From a virus (taxonomy: Duplodnaviria > Caudoviricetes): DNA of 64,000 nucleotides. The DNA lies in the IMG/VR virus record IMGVR_UViG_3300028805_000048. One strand, given 5' to 3'. Below the pieces are notes generated by a model. The model saw only the letters and a program-made list of their open reading frames with translations. It ran no database searches and was not told the origin of the DNA. Both the position numbers and the translations under genes were made by a program. Of the stretch, positions 58,399 to 64,000 are shown piece by piece. Position 1 is the first letter of the stretch. Each line of letters begins with the position of its first letter.

Positions 58399-61300
58399 TT
58401 ATATGAAGCTAAACTCTAAGGCTTCTGTTGTAGAATTATATGACATAACAGCATGCTGACCTACTGTCACTGATGTATTTGCATTAATGTTTGCTGTAAA
58501 TGTCTTAACATCGTTGATAGTTTCTGTACCAGATTTATGAACTACATTGGCATCGAGAGCATATGAAGCTAATTTAGTGTTACGTGCACCTACTGTATCA
58601 ATTTGAGTAGAAGTTGTATTATCTTCAGTCGGTGTCGGTACAGATGTATATACTGTTCCGTCCTTCTTTGCTGCCACTTTAATTCCAGCATCTACATTTG
58701 CTGTATCAGCCGTATTTCTTGCTCTTGCGTGTAGTTCATAAGAAGATTCACCGGATGTTTCGTATCTATATTGTAAATAAGCCATATGCTGATTATTTTT
58801 ATCTCTTACTGCAAAAGGACTTTCGGCTATATAATCAGATGGATTAACTTTATAATCAACATTAGTTAATCTTACTTCATATGGAGTTTGCCAATTAGCA
58901 GATGTTGTATAAACCGGTGAACTAGTAAATGTCTTAATTCCACCTATAGTTTCATTACCTGTTTTGTGAACTACGTTAGCATCTAAGGCATAAGAAGCTA
59001 ATTTAGTATTTCTAGCTCCAACCGTATCAATTTGAATCGATGATGTGGTATCTTCTGTTGGTGCAAACAATTCAGCTGCTTTTGAGCCATCCTCATTTTG
59101 TTTTAATCTTAAAATAGCACGACTGTTAGTTCCTAACCAAGAAGCAACCAATTCTGTTTTCGTTTGAGTAGCATTTACTAAATAGCTATTGACATAACCA
59201 GTTTCTTTATTATCACCAGTTAAAAAATGTAAATATCCTTGTCCATATTTTTCTTCACCATAATTTGCAGACGTTGTTTTTATCACAATATGAGCGTTAT
59301 TTTGTGTAAAGGTTTTAACACCACTAATACTTTCATCACCAGTTTTATGTACAACATTGTTATCTAAAGCATATGAAGCTAACTTGGTATTACGAGCACC
59401 GACAGTGTCAATTTGTTTAGAAGTTGTTGTATCTTCACTTGGTGCAGTGGTGTACATTCTACCATATTTTTGTTCTATTTGAGAATATCCATCAGGTAAT
59501 GATTCAACACCAGCAATATTGTCGTACCAAGTCCAACTATTCCTTCCGTACCCGTGATAATTCATCGGAACAATTTTACAACCATCCCAAGCATTTTTTA
59601 CATAAGACCATATTTCACAAGTAGCTTGATTACTTTCAGGTGTATTATTTTTATAAAGAACATAAAACTTTACATTTCCATTATTTATCCAATCAGGATA
59701 TTCACTTAAAACAACACCTGTAGTACTAGTTCCAATTACTCCAGCAGTGGCGTCAACTCTTAAACTAATTTTACCTTGATAACCAACTTCTGTTGTATTA
59801 ACAGCATCTTTATAATAGAAAAATGGAACAACAACAGATTGATATTGTCCTGTTAATATTATTTCACCAAGTTTTCTATAAAGATTTCCTGTTTCTCCGT
59901 TATGTGTTTGATATGCTACTAAACTTCCATCTAAAACAGGAGCAGTAAGCCTATTGGCAGAAACAGTTCCTGGAAATGAAGTATTACCACTACCATCTAA
60001 AAGGGTTGCTGTTCTTTTTAGTGTAGCAAAACCACCTTGATATTGTCTTACGTAGATAGGTTCATTATAATCATCTGCCGTAGCTAATTCTACATAACCA
60101 GCGTTTGAAGCACCACCAGTCATAAGTCTAAAATAATCATTATCTGCTATTTTAGCTCTCAACAATTCTTTTGTAGAACCAGCGGCAACAGTTGTATTTA
60201 TAGTTCCATCAATAGGACTTGAGAAAGTCTTAGTTCCAGCTATGGTTTCATTACCAGTTTTATGAACTACATCATTATCAGCAGCCTTAGCGTTTAACTG
60301 CGTTTGAATATTAGATGTTACACCATCTGTATAGTTAAGTTCAGCAGTTGTAGCTGTAATCCCATCAAGAACATTAACTTCAGTTGCGGTTGCAGTAACA
60401 TCTGTAATCTTGGATAATGATAAGTTTGGAATATCACTTGCATCTAAATTTGCTCCAGCCGTTACAAGTCCTTTACTATCATATGTAATTTTACATTTTG
60501 TCGCACCAGTAATCGCAGTATTTGAAGCAACTGCACCAACATCAGAAGCAGATAATGTAATATCAGCAGTTAATGCCTTATTATTAATTTTACGAGAAGT
60601 TGGAACAACACCAGACAAATCAATATTTTCACTTAATTTATCCCAAGCAGAACCATCCCAAGCATAGTTAGCACCTGTATCTGTAACATTCCACATATCA
60701 CCTTGAACATTACCAGTTGTAGGTAAGTTAGAAACGCTTGCTTTAGTTCCTTTAAAGTGCATAGCACCAGACAATTTACCATCAATTTCTGTCTTTGTAT
60801 AAGCATCTGTAATTCCATATCCACTTAAAGAAGTAGCTTTATCTGCTTTATTACTTATAGCAGAAGCAACGGCTTTACCAGACATACCATCTGATGAAGT
60901 AGCCGAATAGGTATCTGTAATTGTAGGAATTACCGTAGAACTTGGTAATGCACCAACATCAGAAGCAGATAATGTAATGTCAGCGGTTAATGCTTTATTG
61001 TTAATTTTACGAGAAGTTGGAACATAATTTTGAAGTTTAGTATTACGAGCGCCTACTGTATCAATCTGAGTAGAACTTGTTGTATCTTCTGTAGGAGTTG
61101 GTGTTAAAGCATATTGCGTATCAAACTTTGCATATCTATTTTCTGATTCATCAAGACCTATTTCTAAAGTTGGCCATATATTACCTGTATCAGCAGCATT
61201 TCTAAATCCAGCTCTATAAGCTACATATCTTTTATTATTTCCATTTGCATTATATTTTACAAATCTATTAATTGATGGGCCATCAACTTTACCATCAGTA

Positions 61301-64000
61301 TTTGTTGTAACTTGTAACAAAGGAATATCTGTATCTCTTGTAGTAGTTAAAGATGGTGTTATATTGTTTTTTAATCTAGCAGCGTCTTTAAAAATAACTT
61401 CGTTGTTAAATGTCTTTACACCAGCTACGGTTTGATTACCTGTTAATGCAACATATTTTCCGTCTGCTTCTGTTTTAGTATAAGCGTCAGTAATTCCATA
61501 TCCAGATATTGTTGTTGGTGTTCCAGTTATGTTATTCCAAGCTACAGAACTAGATGAAGTAATATATCCTTGACTTTTAACCCACGCTGTTGTAGCACCT
61601 TTTGTTGAATTATCTGATACTGCTGGTGTAGAATAACTAACAGTTGCAGGAAATATAACGTTCTTGTCTTTATCAAAAGAATAAATATATCCTGTTTTAG
61701 CAAAATCGTCTACTATCCAATTTGTAACACCTATCAAACGAATATCACTTATTCCGGCACAACAAGTATTACTCGTATTTACAAACGTAGACCATATTTC
61801 TATTCTTAAATCACCGTATTGATTGGTTTGATTATTATAACCGCCTAATTTTTCTACAAATGGGATAGAATTCCATCCAGACCAACCTGAAACATTATAT
61901 GTTCCTTTATCAACCCAAATATCATTTCCAGCAATATAATTAGCTATTGTTCTAACTGAAATATTTACTCTTGTTCCACCAGCACCGGCAGTTGACACAT
62001 TTAATAAAATCTTTTTTATTGCACTATAAAATCTTGATTCATTATTCGAGTCTTTTATATGAAGGGTTATTCTTGCTCTTACTTTATCAACATTTTCATT
62101 TGTAAGAGTACCACCATTTGCAGTTAATGTACCTTTACCAACAACTGCATTAAATCCAGTTCTTGTTACTAACTGCCATTTTTGAATATCAGTAGCTCCA
62201 TAATCTATCCAGGTAGTTCCATCAGTTGTATATTCAATATCAATAAGACCTCGCCAATATGAAGCCTTATTATGTCCGAAATCATCAATACAACCAGCAT
62301 CAGAAGGAGAAACGTTTTCAGTTAAGTTAGGTCCACCCCATTGAATATAATTATCACCGTTAAGATTACCTATAAATGAATTAGCAGTAATATCGTTTGT
62401 AAAAGTTTTATTTCCAGCTACGGTTTCATTACCAGTTTTGTGTACTACATCTGCATCTAAAGCGTAACCTTTATTATTTACCCAAGCCGTAGTAGCAAGA
62501 CTTTCATCATTTGTAGATGTTGTTAATTCAGCAATTTTAGCAATTAACGTGTTTGTTCCAGCCTGTGATTTGTAAAAATTCCATAAACCACCATATTCCC
62601 AGAAATTCATATAATCTTTACCACTATGACCTAATTCCATTGCGTGGTTAGTATAACTTATGGCTTGGCCTTTTAATATACCAGTAAAAGTTTTATTGCC
62701 ATCTATTGTTTCATCAGCAGTTCTATGAACAACGTTTGTTGATAGTGTTGGATTATTTACCCAACCAGTTGTTGCAATATTAGTAGTATTTGTAGCGTTG
62801 CTTGCAGAAGGAGAAGGAGCTGTTGCATATGCACCACTTGTTAAATTATATCCTATTACTATAGCGCTTCTGTTTGTCGATGCCGCTTCATTTTTATATA
62901 CACCGAGAGCAAGAGTTGTTTGTCCTGTAGTATCTAAAGCTGCTTCTGCAATACCTAATCTCGTATTTGCCCAAGTATTACTATTTGTTTTATCATTGAT
63001 CCTAAATAATCCCCAATATTGAGTAGATTCAGGATTAGTTCCTTTAGTTACACCACCGTTAACTAAATCTATTCCTTGATATAATATTTCTTTCTTTTGA
63101 AATGTTTTAATTCCATCGATAGTTTCATCACCAGTTTTATGTACTACGTTGTTATCAACAGCTTTTGTATCTAACTGATCTTGAATATTACTTGTTACAC
63201 CGTCAACGTAATTTAACTCCGTTGTAGAAGCTGTTATACCATCTAAAACATTAACTTCAGAAGCACTAGCAGTAACATCTGTAATTTTCGATAAACTCAA
63301 TGATGGAATATCTGAAGCTGTAAGATCTGCACCTTCTGTAACAAGACCTTTGGAATCATAAGTAATCTTACATTTCGTTGCGCCAGTGATTGAAGAATTT
63401 TTTTCTACTTTATTATTTAATTGAGTTTGAATTGCTGACGTAACACCATCTAAATATCCTAACTCTGTGCTTGTAACATCACTTACTACAACCTTACCTG
63501 AAGAATTAGAGATAAGAGCTCTTGAAGCTGTTAAGTTAGATGATACAATTGTTGTAGCTGCACCAGTTATTGTATCTTGTTTTGCATTCAATTGATTTTG
63601 GATATTGCTTGTAACACCGTCTGTATAATTTAATTCTGTCGTACTTGCTGTAATACCATCTAAAACGTTTAGTTCAGCAGCACTTGCTGTTATGTCAGAA
63701 ATTTTCGATAATGTCAAAGAAGGTATATCAGAAGCAGATAAATCAGTACCTGCAGTAACAAGCCCTTTAGAATCATAAGTGATTTTTGTATGTGTAGCAC
63801 CTGTTATTGAAGAATTAGCTACAACGGCATTATCGGCTTTATATTCTAGTTTACCTATGGCTGTATTTAAAGAATCACTTGTTTCTATAGCGTTCGAACC
63901 TGTAGCTTTAGAATATCCAGTCATAGCTGTTATTTTATTCGATGCTAAATTAGGAATATCTGAAGCAGCTAAATTAGCTCCAGCTGTAACAAGTCCTTTG
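58399..64000 (-). CDS. Long modular tail fibre (5' end lies beyond the right edge)
   Basis: Frame stays open upstream of the Met at 63924 (KGLVTAGANLAASDIP...); repeats VVHKTGNETIxGxKTF, KITYDSKGLVTAG, ELNYTDGVTSNIQ, PTEDTTSSTQIDTVGARNTKL. Confidence 0.9.
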   Translation of the reverse strand, partial: KGLVTAGANLAASDIPNLASNKITAMTGYSKATGSNAIETSDSLNTAIGKLEYKADNAVVANSSITGATHTKITYDSKGLVTAGTDLSASDIPSLTLSKISDITASAAELNVLDGITASTTELNYTDGVTSNIQNQLNAKQDTITGAATTIVSSNLTASRALISNSSGKVVVSDVTSTELGYLDGVTSAIQTQLNNKVEKNSSITGATKCKITYDSKGLVTEGADLTASDIPSLSLSKITDVTASASEVNVLDGITASTTELNYVDGVTSNIQDQLDTKAVDNNVVHKTGDETIDGIKTFQKKEILYQGIDLVNGGVTKGTNPESTQYWGLFRINDKTNSNTWANTRLGIAEAALDTTGQTTLALGVYKNEAASTNRSAIVIGYNLTSGAYATAPSPSASNATNTTNIATTGWVNNPTLSTNVVHRTADETIDGNKTFTGILKGQAISYTNHAMELGHSGKDYMNFWEYGGLWNFYKSQAGTNTLIAKIAELTTSTNDESLATTAWVNNKGYALDADVVHKTGNETVAGNKTFTNDITANSFIGNLNGDNYIQWGGPNLTENVSPSDAGCIDDFGHNKASYWRGLIDIEYTTDGTTWIDYGATDIQKWQLVTRTGFNAVVGKGTLTANGGTLTNENVDKVRARITLHIKDSNNESRFYSAIKKILLNVSTAGAGGTRVNISVRTIANYIAGNDIWVDKGTYNVSGWSGWNSIPFVEKLGGYNNQTNQYGDLRIEIWSTFVNTSNTCCAGISDIRLIGVTNWIVDDFAKTGYIYSFDKDKNVIFPATVSYSTPAVSDNSTKGATTAWVKSQGYITSSSSVAWNNITGTPTTISGYGITDAYTKTEADGKYVALTGNQTVAGVKTFNNEVIFKDAARLKNNITPSLTTTRDTDIPLLQVTTNTDGKVDGPSINRFVKYNANGNNKRYVAYRAGFRNAADTGNIWPTLEIGLDESENRYAKFDTQYALTPTPTEDTTSSTQIDTVGARNTKLQNYVPTSRKINNKALTADITLSASDVGALPSSTVIPTITDTYSATSSDGMSGKAVASAISNKADKATSLSGYGITDAYTKTEIDGKLSGAMHFKGTKASVSNLPTTGNVQGDMWNVTDTGANYAWDGSAWDKLSENIDLSGVVPTSRKINNKALTADITLSASDVGAVASNTAITGATKCKITYDSKGLVTAGANLDASDIPNLSLSKITDVTATATEVNVLDGITATTAELNYTDGVTSNIQTQLNAKAADNDVVHKTGNETIAGTKTFSSPIDGTINTTVAAGSTKELLRAKIADNDYFRLMTGGASNAGYVELATADDYNEPIYVRQYQGGFATLKRTATLLDGSGNTSFPGTVSANRLTAPVLDGSLVAYQTHNGETGNLYRKLGEIILTGQYQSVVVPFFYYKDAVNTTEVGYQGKISLRVDATAGVIGTSTTGVVLSEYPDWINNGNVKFYVLYKNNTPESNQATCEIWSYVKNAWDGCKIVPMNYHGYGRNSWTWYDNIAGVESLPDGYSQIEQKYGRMYTTAPSEDTTTSKQIDTVGARNTKLASYALDNNVVHKTGDESISGVKTFTQNNAHIVIKTTSANYGEEKYGQGYLHFLTGDNKETGYVNSYLVNATQTKTELVASWLGTNSRAILRLKQNEDGSKAAELFAPTEDTTSSIQIDTVGARNTKLASYALDANVVHKTGNETIGGIKTFTSSPVYTTSANWQTPYEVRLTNVDYKVNPSDYIAESPFAVRDKNNQHMAYLQYRYETSGESSYELHARARNTADTANVDAGIKVAAKKDGTVYTSVPTPTEDNTTSTQIDTVGARNTKLASYALDANVVHKSGTETINDVKTFTANINANTSVTVGQHAVMSYNSTTEALEFSFI

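Noticed and set aside
1-64000. Stop-codon reassignment as seen in some gut jumbo phages
   Set aside because: Long intact ORFs tile the window in code 11, and TAA, TAG and TGA all terminate genes at sensible boundaries
58399-64000. Diversity-generating retroelement or shufflon acting on the fibre
   Set aside because: No reverse transcriptase, adenine-specific TR/VR pair, recombinase or inverted cassettes seen; repeats are in-frame and direct
1-64000. Assignment of a specific host genus or named phage
   Set aside because: Sequence supports only a diderm host (spanins) and low GC; nothing diagnostic without database searches

Overview
The whole window reads as one contiguous, very AT-rich segment of a large T4-like (contractile-tailed) bacteriophage genome in the standard genetic code; no host genes, integrase, tRNAs or CRISPR arrays were recognised. 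Left to right: a truncated fibre-like gene; a minus-strand recombination/transcription module (sigma-like protein, UvsY-like, HNH nuclease, gp32-like SSB, Mre11/Rad50 = gp47/gp46); a degenerate radical-SAM gene; a GC-rich hairpin island in a divergent intergenic region; large candidate head-packaged proteins, one carrying a pol-beta nucleotidyltransferase domain; a proteostasis cluster (ClpP-like, metallophosphoesterase, glutaredoxin, GroES, GroEL); gp20-like portal; a tail/baseplate block (tube-like, gp26-like with a probable +1 frameshift into a gp51-like frame, tape measure with M15 peptidase, gp53, gp27, gp5, gp25, gp6, gp7-like, fibres); a holin/two-component spanin cassette implying a diderm host; and lectin-like and modular long-fibre genes cut by the right edge. 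Non-coding highlights: two recurring promoter-like motifs sharing a TTCTA core (AAGTTCTAA before structural genes; TGGAA-N32/33-TTCTAT before non-structural genes) and four 3'-UTR elements displaying anti-Shine-Dalgarno/anti-AUG sequences. All family calls are from motif recognition by eye, not database searches.
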